Part shown: in pieces, positions 19,314 to 27,859 of the stretch
Layout: each line of letters starts with the position of its first letter
Numbering within the stretch: position 1 is the first letter of the stretch
Position numbers and translations under genes: made by a program
Notes under the pieces: model-generated
The model's database searches: none
Seen by the model: the letters and a program-made list of their open reading frames with translations, nothing else
What the model was told of the DNA's origin: nothing
NCBI GenBank assembly: GCA_015493475.1
Contig: WGDC01000001.1
Span: 12,968 to 76,967 of the forward strand
Direction of reading: 5' to 3'
Length of the DNA: 64,000 nt
From: Deltaproteobacteria bacterium
GTDB taxonomy: Bacteria; Desulfobacterota; Dissulfuribacteria; Dissulfuribacterales; QOAL01

Positions 19314-20324
19314 TTAAATAATCCTGAGAACGTCTTTGCGGTTCGACATCGAGGCCTCGAGTTTCTCGGCAAGCTTTAGGGATGCCAGATTGTAAGCCAC
19401 ACCTATGGCGTTCATAACAGCCTTTGGCTCCGAGCTTCCATGGCAAATTATCGCCGTCCCGCCAACGCCGAGCAGCGGCGCGCCACCATACTCCGCGTAG
19501 TCCACTCTCTTTTTGAACCTCTTGAAGGCCTTCTTTGCCAAACCGTAACCCATGGTAGCTAGCAGGTTCCCTTCTATCTCGTTTCTGAGCATTGCTATCA
19601 CGGACTCTGCAAGACCCTCACTGAGTTTCAGACAGATATTGCCTACGAAGCCGTCGCACACAATTACGTCCACCTCTCCCCTGAAAACGTCCCTGCCCTC
19701 TACATTTCCACAAAAATTAAGATTACTGGTATCCAATAGATCGTAGGCCTTTTTTACCTGGGTATTTCCCTTACGTCCCTCCTCTCCTATGCTTAAAAGG
19801 CCTACCCTCGGACGTTCCTTTATCAGGAACTCCCTTACAAAAAGCGAGCCCATTATGCCGAACTGGAGGAGATGATGAGGCTTGCAATCTACGTTGGCCC
19901 CTACGTCTATCAGAAGGGCGGGTTCCCTAAGTGTGGGGATCAGGGTGGCAATGGCTGGCCTGACGCCCTTAATACGGCCAAGGATGAACATGGCCGTCGC
20001 AAGAGTCGCCCCTGAATTCCCGGCGCTCACAACACCTTGCGCCTTGCCGGCCCTGACGAGATCAAAGGCCACCCTTACAGAAGAATCCTTTTTGCGCCTC
20101 AAGGCGTCGGCGGGAGACTCAGCCATGCCGACCACCTCGGATGCGTGTTCAATCGTAATGGGCAGCTTCTCTATGGATGGAACAGTTGACAGCGCCTCTT
20201 CCAGGATATCCTTCTTTCCAACAAGGATTATCTCAGTCCCATGTTGCATAGCCGCCAACACCGCTCCCTTGACAAGGGGTAAAGGCCCCTTGTCACCGCC
20301 CATGGCATCAAGCGCAATAATCAT
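19314..20324 (-). CDS. plsX: phosphate acyltransferase PlsX
   Basis: MIIALDAMGGDKGP...SAGNSGA...GAPLLGVGG..ICHGSS. Confidence 0.95.
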   Translation of the reverse strand: MIIALDAMGGDKGPLPLVKGAVLAAMQHGTEIILVGKKDILEEALSTVPSIEKLPITIEHASEVVGMAESPADALRRKKDSSVRVAFDLVRAGKAQGVVSAGNSGATLATAMFILGRIKGVRPAIATLIPTLREPALLIDVGANVDCKPHHLLQFGIMGSLFVREFLIKERPRVGLLSIGEEGRKGNTQVKKAYDLLDTSNLNFCGNVEGRDVFRGEVDVIVCDGFVGNICLKLSEGLAESVIAMLRNEIEGNLLATMGYGLAKKAFKRFKKRVDYAEYGGAPLLGVGGTAIICHGSSEPKAVMNAIGVAYNLASLKLAEKLEASMSNRKDVLRII

Positions 20325-20332
20325 ATACCTTC

Positions 20333-20515
20333 CTATTCTACATTCTCTCCGGTAAATACCTTACCCTTGTAGGTTCCACAATGGGGACATATCCTGTGCG
20401 GGGCCTTTGGCTCTGCGCACTGGGGACACAAGGAAACAGCGGGTTTCTTAAGGGAATCGTGGGAACGCCTGTTACCCCTTCTTGCCCTCGATATTTTTCT
20501 TTTTGGAACAGCCAT
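20333..20515 (-). CDS. rpmF: 50S ribosomal protein L32
   Basis: [20 protein letters not shown]...[18 protein letters not shown]. Confidence 0.95.
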   Translation of the reverse strand: MAVPKRKISRARRGNRRSHDSLKKPAVSLCPQCAEPKAPHRICPHCGTYKGKVFTGENVE

Positions 20516-20547
20516 ATTCTATTTTCCTCCATTTATAAAAAAATGTT

Positions 20548-21084
20548 TTATCGAGATACCTTTAACACGGCAAGTGCTGCAAACGGGCCATCATTTACCT
20601 GCCTTGAGCAACTGCACTGCGCTTCGTTCAAATTTATACCGCAACTTGGACATAGCCCCTTGCAACTTTCACTGCATAGCATACGCATGGGGAGCTGCAA
20701 GATTATCTGCTCCCTGAATATTTCCTCACCCCTTATCTCCCCATCCTCATACCAGTATACATCTACTTCGTCGTGTGAAAGCCGGTGATCCGTTTCAAGG
20801 CCCGCGCCAAAATCCTTTCTAGGCTGCAAAAGGTAAAAAAAGGAAGTTTCCACGTTCTTGTGAAACCTGCCAAGGCACCTATCGCATGTGAGAAGCACCC
20901 TGCTCTTAACCGACCCCCTGACCTCAATATTGTTACCGGACTTGTGAATCTCAAGACGGCCTTTGGTATTCCCGATCTTTACGAACCCATCTACTTCGGG
21001 AATGACATGAGAAAGCTCAGAGAAATTTAAATAAAGCCCCTCTTCAGGGACATCAGCTACCTGAATACGCGTTTCTATCTGCAT
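20548..21084 (-). CDS. yceD: YceD/DUF177 family protein
   Basis: 178 aa with LTCDRCLGRF...CSESCKGLCPSCGINLN Cys motifs. Conserved position upstream of rpmF. Confidence 0.85.
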   Translation of the reverse strand: MQIETRIQVADVPEEGLYLNFSELSHVIPEVDGFVKIGNTKGRLEIHKSGNNIEVRGSVKSRVLLTCDRCLGRFHKNVETSFFYLLQPRKDFGAGLETDHRLSHDEVDVYWYEDGEIRGEEIFREQIILQLPMRMLCSESCKGLCPSCGINLNEAQCSCSRQVNDGPFAALAVLKVSR

Positions 21085-21191
21085 GTTTTCGAGTTTTTGC
21101 CCCTTGGCAAAAAACAGCTATTCCGAGTTTTTTAGAAAAACCACAATATATGGATTGGGGCGTGATTGTCAAGTAACGAGTGACTCAAAAC

Positions 21192-21941
21192 CTATCTTCT
21201 CGATGACAAGCGCGCAATTACTATTCCAATTTCGTAAAGAAAGTAGAGCGGCAGGCCCATTAACGCCATATTTATAACGTCAGGTGTAGGTGTAAGGATC
21301 GCCGCGAGTATAGCAATAATAAGAATAGCATAGCGCCTACCCTTTTTGAAAACGGAGTAAGAACAGACACCGAGCCTGCACAGGACAGTCATCACAAGGG
21401 GAAGCTCGAAGATCAAGCCAAAACCGAGGATAAAAAGACCCACGAAATTTACAAATTTTCCGACGCTGATAACTGGTTTTATGTGTTCCGACTGGTACCC
21501 AAGAAGAAAATTTATGCCAAATGGGAGGGTAATAAAAAAGCAAAATGCCGCACCCGCGTAAAAAAGCAACAGGGCTGTAGCCACAAGAAAGATACTGAAG
21601 GTTCGCGATATGCCAAAATTCCCAGCCAGGACCTGTGTAATCCTGAAAAGTATCCAGGGCATAAGCAAAATTATTGCCATAACACAGGCGATCTTCAGAA
21701 GGGATACGATCGGTTCCATGACACCGAAAAAGGCCAGTTTCTGATCAAGATGTAACTGGAAAAAGTAGAGGATATCAGGAGCAATCCAGTAGAATGCAAA
21801 GCTGAGGATCACAAAGGCTATGACGACCTCAAGGACAAAGCGCCTGAACATGTACAGGAAAACCGCAAGCTTTCTCGCTACAGATTCCTCGTCTTGAGAA
21901 GCGATTTGTACAGAACTATATCTAATCTGAGACCTGCTCAT
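21192..21941 (-). CDS. tatC: twin-arginine translocase subunit TatC
   Basis: Polytopic. FELPLVMTVLCRLGV...AAILTPTPDVINMALMGLPLYFLYEIG matches the conserved TatC C-terminal motifs. Confidence 0.85.
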   Translation of the reverse strand: MSRSQIRYSSVQIASQDEESVARKLAVFLYMFRRFVLEVVIAFVILSFAFYWIAPDILYFFQLHLDQKLAFFGVMEPIVSLLKIACVMAIILLMPWILFRITQVLAGNFGISRTFSIFLVATALLLFYAGAAFCFFITLPFGINFLLGYQSEHIKPVISVGKFVNFVGLFILGFGLIFELPLVMTVLCRLGVCSYSVFKKGRRYAILIIAILAAILTPTPDVINMALMGLPLYFLYEIGIVIARLSSRR

Positions 21942-21964
21942 TTCTGTAACTCAACTTTCGGAAC

Positions 21965-22440
21965 CAATTTTCATCCCTGATCTGAGTTGAAGATTTCTGG
22001 ACAGCCATATAAGGATAGAACACGTTCAAGACAGCTTATGCAAAACTCCGTGTCCAAGATGTCTGAAATGCTCCATAATTGCACTTTTTTACTGTACCAG
22101 TCCAATGATTACGCATAATTGCATGAAATCTCCCGGCATGTGCAACTACGATATATACACCATTTTTCTTGTAAGGAGTATCAAGCTGCTTTTTAAAGCT
22201 TTTCTCCTCACTCTTGTTCTTGTCAAAGACAAGAGGAGCATTTTTTAAGAATTCTCTTGTCCATGGCCTTACTCGACCCGGATAAATTCCAAATCCTGAG
22301 GCTATCTGAATAGTGGTCTCCTCCTTGATAGCTGCCAGTGCTGCCTTCGCCTTAAACTTTGAACTGTACTTTTCTTTGCCATTTGCATTTCTCCTTTCAC
22401 TGTTTTCCTGTTACTTCATACAACGAAAGCGAACAATACA
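21965..22440 (-). mobile_element. decayed IS3-family insertion sequence remnant (frameshifted orfA plus an internally deleted, truncated orfB fragment)
   Basis: My own minus-strand translation. From 22383: ATGGCAAAGAAAAG then, after a 1-nt frameshift, KYSSKFKAKAALAAIKEETTIQIASGFGIYPGRVRPWTREFLKNAPLVF (IS3/IS911 HTH transposase orfA). Further down in another frame: LDTEFCISCLERVLSLYGCPEIFNSDQG* (ending at 21971), the start of the IS3 integrase core (..PEIFNSDQGSQF..). The DDE domain is absent. The region is AT-richer than its flanks. The outer boundary is approximate. Confidence 0.75.
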
Positions 22441-22564
22441 TGTTGTCGAAAAATTGGGACCACCTCAAATGATGCCAAAATTATATTTCTGACGAGATAG
22501 TTCCGATTTCTATATCATGAATCCGTAAAAGCAACATTCCACAAAATCAAAAGGAGGAGCTTAG

Positions 22565-23455
22565 TTGAAGTACAAGACATTCCATATAGCCTGTTTATCC
22601 TTGTTGAGCATTGTCCTGTTCCTGCTGCCCATTTCATCTTGCACAGGCAAGACCATGAAGGTGGGAGTGCTTGCTAAGAGGGGAAAGGCGAGGGCAATAA
22701 AGCAATGGAGCGCCCACATGACATATCTTGGCACTAAAACCGGGCAGCACTTCGTACTGGTCCCCCTGGCCTTCGATGAAATTTTCTCATCGGTTGCACT
22801 CAGAAAAATCGATTTTATCATTACGAATCCCGGTTTTTTCGTGGTGCTGAAAAAGAAATTCGGAGTAAGACCCATTGCGAGCCTGCTCAACTACAGGCAG
22901 GGCAAGCCACTTAATAAGTTCAGCGGCGTGATCTTTACTCGTGCGGGAAGCAGGATAAGATCCTGCCGGGATCTTCGCAACACCACCTTCATGTGTGTAA
23001 AAATGACTTCATTCGGTGGGGCGCAGATGGCGTTCAAATACCTCATAGACAAAGGAATTAACCCCTTCGAGGACTTAAAGGCCCTGAGAGAGGGGGGCAC
23101 TCATGACGCAGTAGTATATGCAGTCAGAAACGGCGTGGTGGACGCCGGAACGGTAAGATCAGACACCTTAGAAAGGATGGCAGCAGAGGGCAAGATCAAG
23201 ATGTCCGAATTCAAGATAATAAACCCCGCAAAAGACTCGTTTCCCTTTGTCCATACGACAGCGCTTTACCCTGAATGGCCCTTTGGAGTCCTGAGCCATA
23301 CCGATCCAAGGGTGATCCAAAAGGTGAAAAAGGCCCTACTGAGCATGAAACCCACTGAACCGGCCGCACGCGCTGCGAAGATTGCCGGATGGTCGGAGCC
23401 GCTTGATTACAGAATAGTGGCACGGTGCCTGCAGAAGGTCAAAAACGCCCCATAG
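22565..23455 (+). CDS. PhnD-like periplasmic substrate-binding protein (phosphonate-bd fold), orphan
   Basis: Signal peptide followed by lipobox-like SSCTG. MKVGVLAKRG...DFIITNPGFF...VKMTSFGGAQMAF...DAGTVRSDTLERM resembles the PhnD/PF12974 domain. No ABC permease or ATPase is adjacent. Confidence 0.6.
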   Translation: MKYKTFHIACLSLLSIVLFLLPISSCTGKTMKVGVLAKRGKARAIKQWSAHMTYLGTKTGQHFVLVPLAFDEIFSSVALRKIDFIITNPGFFVVLKKKFGVRPIASLLNYRQGKPLNKFSGVIFTRAGSRIRSCRDLRNTTFMCVKMTSFGGAQMAFKYLIDKGINPFEDLKALREGGTHDAVVYAVRNGVVDAGTVRSDTLERMAAEGKIKMSEFKIINPAKDSFPFVHTTALYPEWPFGVLSHTDPRVIQKVKKALLSMKPTEPAARAAKIAGWSEPLDYRIVARCLQKVKNAP

Positions 23456-23500
23456 AAAATACTATGCAAAGGAAGGCTGTCTTCAAGGCACTTCCACCTG

Positions 23501-24007
23501 TTACATTTTGTACTTAAAGGCGCTGGGATCAAGTTCCTCAAGGATCTTGTTCCATGTATCCTCGTCTTTTTCCTCCCCAGAACCTGTTACCACGGTAGGC
23601 TGAGACCCCACCCCAGTCGAGGATTTCAGGACCTCCTCATTTACAAAGATGTCCGCCCCCGCCCTAAGCGCCAGGGCTACCGCATCACTCGGCCTTGAAT
23701 CGACCCGAACGAGCTTATCCCCGGTGTCAAGCGTTATCTGTGCATAGTATGTATTGTCCTTTAGTTCCGTAACATCTATGCGAACAAGCCTCACCCCTGC
23801 TGCACTCAAAAGGTTTACGGCCAGATCGTGGGTCATGGGCCGGGCAAACTCCAACTTCTCCATCTCCGTGGCAATGGCTGTGGCCTCGAGCAGCCCTATC
23901 CATATTGGCAGGGTCCTTTCACCCTTATCTTCTTTCAATATTAGTATTGGGGAATTGGACTGGGGGTCCAAGGTTATGGCGTGAATTTTCATACGTATTG
24001 CCTTCAT
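23501..24007 (-). CDS. bifunctional nuclease family protein (DUF151/BFN)
   Basis: MKIHAITLDPQSNSPILILKE...RTLPIWIGLLEATAIA...RPMTHDL...RPSDAVALALR is the BFN family pattern. Confidence 0.75.
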   Translation of the reverse strand: MKAIRMKIHAITLDPQSNSPILILKEDKGERTLPIWIGLLEATAIATEMEKLEFARPMTHDLAVNLLSAAGVRLVRIDVTELKDNTYYAQITLDTGDKLVRVDSRPSDAVALALRAGADIFVNEEVLKSSTGVGSQPTVVTGSGEEKDEDTWNKILEELDPSAFKYKM

Positions 24008-24022
24008 GGACTTAATACCTCA

Positions 24023-25378
24023 TCAGTGTATGATTGTGCCAATCAGTGAATGGTGGCATGCCCTTTCAATGTAAACATTTACCAACCTTCCAACAAGGCC
24101 CTCTCTCCCTTCCATGTTCACCACATGGTTTCCCCTGGTCCTACCGGTCACCTTCGGGCCGGAACAAGACTCTATAAGAACCTTACATACAGAGCCCTGA
24201 AGCCGTCCATACTGCTCAAGCCCTATCTGGTTCTGCAGCTTTAAAAGCCTGGTAAGACGTCTCGATTTTACCTCCTCGGGCACCTTTTCCTGGAACCTTA
24301 CCGCAGCGGTGCCGGGCCTTTCGGAATACTTGAAGGCAAAGGCCTGATCAAAACGCACCTCTTCCAACAGGGACATGGTCTGGCGAAAATCCTCCTCGGT
24401 TTCTCCAGGGAAACCCACTATGAGATCAGTGGTTATGGTGATATCAGGACAAACATTTCTCAGTTTTTTCACCTTCTCGAGATACTGCGCCCTGCTATAT
24501 CGCCTTTTCATGCGTTTTAATATCCTGTCAGAGCCGGACTGGACGGGAAGATGCAGGTGTTCACAGAGGGTTGATAGGCTTCCGAAGCACCCTATCAACC
24601 GGTCTGAAATGTCCTTTGGATGACTCGTGGTAAAACGAAGCCTTATCCCTGGAAAGGCACGGTCGATCTCCAGGAGAAGAGAAGGAAAATCAACGCATTT
24701 ACTCAGGTTCTTCCCATAGGAGTTTACGTTTTGACCGAGCAAGGTCACATCCTTGACTCCCTGCTCAACAAGGGAGCCTATTTCCCGCAAAATGTCTTCA
24801 ACAGGCCTGCTAATTTCCCGCCCCCGCACGAGCGGCACGATGCAGTATGTACAGTAGTTATCACAGCCCTGCATTATGGTTACAAAGGCCCGCACGTCCC
24901 CTTTTCTCGGAAGGAGCGCATCGATGTATGGTATCTGGAAATCCCCTTGGAGACCCGTATCGTGGAGCCGGTCATTACCCCCTTGAAGCCTCTCCATGAG
25001 CATGGGTAACCTGTAAATACCCTGTGGGCCCACCACGAAATCCACCTGAGGCGCCCTTTGGAAGAGCTTGGCGCCAAGCTGCTGCGCAACGCAGCCAGCC
25101 ACCCCTATTTTCAGGACTGGATTGGAACATTTGAACCTTTTCAGGCGTCCGAGCAGGCTGTAGAGCTTGTGCTCGGCCTTTTCCCGGATAGAGCACGTAT
25201 TCACTATGATGAGGTCGGCCTGGTCCATGTAGGGAGTAAGGCAGTAGCTTGCCATGAGCATCTGGGCCATACGCTGGGAGTCATATTCATTCATCTGACA
25301 GCCGAAGGTAACTATATGCAGCCTGCCAGGGGCAGAACTCCATGGGAGTTTATCGTTTTCTCTCACCAGGCTTTTCAT
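24023..25378 (-). CDS. miaB: tRNA-2-methylthio-N6-dimethylallyladenosine synthase MiaB
   Basis: HIVTFGCQMNEYDS...NTCSIREKAE...IMQGCDNYCTYCIVP (radical SAM)...TTDLIVGFPGETEEDF, plus a TRAM-like C-terminus. Confidence 0.93.
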   Translation of the reverse strand: MKSLVRENDKLPWSSAPGRLHIVTFGCQMNEYDSQRMAQMLMASYCLTPYMDQADLIIVNTCSIREKAEHKLYSLLGRLKRFKCSNPVLKIGVAGCVAQQLGAKLFQRAPQVDFVVGPQGIYRLPMLMERLQGGNDRLHDTGLQGDFQIPYIDALLPRKGDVRAFVTIMQGCDNYCTYCIVPLVRGREISRPVEDILREIGSLVEQGVKDVTLLGQNVNSYGKNLSKCVDFPSLLLEIDRAFPGIRLRFTTSHPKDISDRLIGCFGSLSTLCEHLHLPVQSGSDRILKRMKRRYSRAQYLEKVKKLRNVCPDITITTDLIVGFPGETEEDFRQTMSLLEEVRFDQAFAFKYSERPGTAAVRFQEKVPEEVKSRRLTRLLKLQNQIGLEQYGRLQGSVCKVLIESCSGPKVTGRTRGNHVVNMEGREGLVGRLVNVYIERACHHSLIGTIIH

Positions 25379-25390
25379 GCTAATTGAACC

Positions 25391-27004
25391 TCAGGAAATC
25401 GGGAATTGATACAAACGGGTCTTCCAGCCCCCTTTTGTCTTGTCGGTAACCCCAATTATAATCCCTTCCCGCGTCATTGACACTCCGCACAGGGTACCCC
25501 TGAGACCGGAATCGGCTCTGAAAAACTCGTAACCGCCTGACAATGGAAAATAGAACAGGCCGTTGAGACCCTTTCCCTTTTCTTCGGGAATGACACCGTT
25601 AAAAAGTATCCCGCGGCCCAGGATCAAAAAATCCGCCTTTGCGGGCCCGCAGCATGGCCTGTCTGCCACCACTGGGAAAAGCGATGTCCACTGGTGGGAA
25701 CCGTTGGCATAGACCTTGAAAAAACCGTCAAAGCTTACATAGAAAAGTGTGCATGTACCGTTTACAGACTGGGCATCCGTGCTTGCTATGCTGAAATCGT
25801 TTGGAAACTCCTGCTGTTCCAAATATTCAATCCCGCTGTCGGTAGGCTTCAAGGAAAATACACGCTGGCCCCTGAAACGTTCCTTTTCATATTCCTGCCC
25901 CATAAGCTCGGGGCCGGCCTGCCCGCATCGAGTTCGCGCAAAGGAAAGCCACAGGTTTATCTCGTCCTGGACCAGGTGCAGCCGCCCGGCCCTGTAACTG
26001 AAAAGCTTCGATGTAAGGCCAGCGCCTTTTATGGCAACGTTAATCACAATCCATCCCCTTGAAAATGAAAGGCCACAGGGACATTCAAAATCGCCGAACC
26101 GGTAAAATTCCGCCCGGCCCCTGCGCCTGTATGGAGCCACTCCTACCTCGTTTTCCATCAGGTAGACAATCTCCTCCTGCCCGTCGCCGTCCAAGTCTGC
26201 CACTGCCACCTGAAGTACCTTTCCATTAAGCGTGCCCACGACTTTGGCCCTGGAAAAATCAAAAGAAAAGGGGGCCGGGGCCACCCTTGTTTCTATCAGG
26301 CTTGGCCTTTTCTCTGCCTTCTCCATAACGCTTTCCCCGGCAGAAGGTACCTTGTACACGGAAAACTCCTCCATGTCTGGACCGTAAACGTGAAGCGAGT
26401 CGTCCTGAAGGTCAAACATAAGGTCTATGCCAAAGGCCTCCATGGAACTTTTTGTCGGCACTGGCACCGGACCGCTTGACGGCTCTACCCAGTCGAGGTT
26501 TGGAAGAAGCTTGCGAAGGGAATAGCTGGAAAAAACAGGGGAGACGAGCCTTCCATCTATGAAGAGAGCCGCCCTCATACCTGTAAATCTCATGGCCTCC
26601 AAGCGGGGAGGCAACTTGCGGGAGCTCGAATAGACGGTACAGGCAGAGGAAGCGGGCGTGACCCGTGTAACCCTGCACTTTCCAACAACCTTGTCCTGGT
26701 AACCCAACACCCTTTTAGTGCCGGGCACATAAATAGGCATTCCCTTATCCACAAGGGCAAAAAGGTCTCCCGGCCTTACGCTCGAACGAGATCCCCTATC
26801 AAGGACGAACTGTTCCTCGCCGCTCTTCATAGCCATAGCAATGACGGGGCGAAAATCCACGGCGAGCTGCCTGAGCTGCTGAGCAGCCCCTGCATCAACC
26901 GGGCAATGCGCAATCAACGCGAAAACGAGAAAAAAGAGGACGCGCCGTAGTTTTACGGGGCAAACAGGGGCTGTCCGTTCCGGTGGGCTTTTATATGCAG
27001 CCAT
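25391..27004 (-). CDS. secreted hypothetical protein with FG-GAP/VCBS-like motif
   Basis: Signal-like VLFFLVFALIAHCPVDAGAA. VAVADLDGDGQEEIVY is an FG-GAP-type Ca-binding loop. The start at ATG 27004 is preferred to the ORF-track start at 27115. Function unknown. Confidence 0.5.
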   Translation of the reverse strand: MAAYKSPPERTAPVCPVKLRRVLFFLVFALIAHCPVDAGAAQQLRQLAVDFRPVIAMAMKSGEEQFVLDRGSRSSVRPGDLFALVDKGMPIYVPGTKRVLGYQDKVVGKCRVTRVTPASSACTVYSSSRKLPPRLEAMRFTGMRAALFIDGRLVSPVFSSYSLRKLLPNLDWVEPSSGPVPVPTKSSMEAFGIDLMFDLQDDSLHVYGPDMEEFSVYKVPSAGESVMEKAEKRPSLIETRVAPAPFSFDFSRAKVVGTLNGKVLQVAVADLDGDGQEEIVYLMENEVGVAPYRRRGRAEFYRFGDFECPCGLSFSRGWIVINVAIKGAGLTSKLFSYRAGRLHLVQDEINLWLSFARTRCGQAGPELMGQEYEKERFRGQRVFSLKPTDSGIEYLEQQEFPNDFSIASTDAQSVNGTCTLFYVSFDGFFKVYANGSHQWTSLFPVVADRPCCGPAKADFLILGRGILFNGVIPEEKGKGLNGLFYFPLSGGYEFFRADSGLRGTLCGVSMTREGIIIGVTDKTKGGWKTRLYQFPIS

Positions 27005-27260
27005 AGAAATAAGGGTCCAAGAGAAACAGATTGAGACTCCTGAAAATCTGTCTTTTTTATCCAATGACTTAGTTATATTTGCGAAAAAAACGGTCAAACA
27101 CCTTGAACATTTCACACTTTTCCGCTCAAGCAGGGCTTGATCTCGAAAAAGGTGCTTTTCTAATGTCTCCAGTTGCCACAGAGTATCCTGAGCGAAAATT
27201 TAACAGCCAATATAACAAGACGGGGAAAAAAGGAAACAAAAAGGTATATGGGGATGGGTA

Positions 27261-27296
27261 ATAAAAAAGGCCCCTCATCTTGCGGAATCAGGGCCT
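27261..27296 (-). terminator. Rho-independent terminator downstream of dsrC
   Basis: On the minus strand, AAGGCCC...GGGCCTT (7-bp stem, plus-strand coordinates 27266-27272 / 27290-27296) is followed by TTTTTTATT. Confidence 0.7.
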
Positions 27297-27319
27297 TGAA
27301 CTGACAAGTTTCGCAACGC

Positions 27320-27640
27320 CTACACACAACCGGTGGGCTTTGGAAGTCCAGCCATCTTGCAGGCTCCCTTGCCTGGTCCTGAGGGAAAAAGCTCGTATAT
27401 CTTCTTAAGGGGGTAACCCGTGGTCTTGGAAAGAATCCTGACCATGGGAGCAATTCCATTCTTCTTGAAATAGTCCTGGAGGACCTCGATAACCTTCTTG
27501 TGATCCTCGGTCAGCTCGCTGATACCCTCCTGCTCCATGACGTATTCTACCCAGTTTTCATCCCACTGCTCCATTCCCTTTGTAAGAAAACCGTCTTCAT
27601 CGACTTCATAAGCCTTGCCTTTGTACTCTATAGTTGCCAT
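27320..27640 (-). CDS. dsrC: dissimilatory sulfite reductase gamma subunit DsrC (TusE/DsrC family with both conserved C-terminal cysteines)
   Basis: MATIEYKGKAYEVDEDGFL...C-terminal arm GACKMAGLPKPTGCV, with a penultimate Cys and a Cys 11 residues upstream, the DsrC hallmark. Strong GGAGGG RBS. Confidence 0.92.
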   Translation of the reverse strand: MATIEYKGKAYEVDEDGFLTKGMEQWDENWVEYVMEQEGISELTEDHKKVIEVLQDYFKKNGIAPMVRILSKTTGYPLKKIYELFPSGPGKGACKMAGLPKPTGCV

Positions 27641-27859
27641 ATTGCCCTCCTTTTGGATTATTCTCTTATGTATGTCATGGCATATCGAGACAGTTTCTTA
27701 CTATAACCAAATATCTTTGTCAAGGCTCGTTAATTTTTTTTCAAGTTTGCGAAACGAAAAAAAATACTGTTATTTAAAGAGGTTATAACGAACAAAATCA
27801 CCAGAGTGGGGTTTTTTTGAATAGTTATTCATTTTTTTCACAATCAAGGATAAGAGAGT

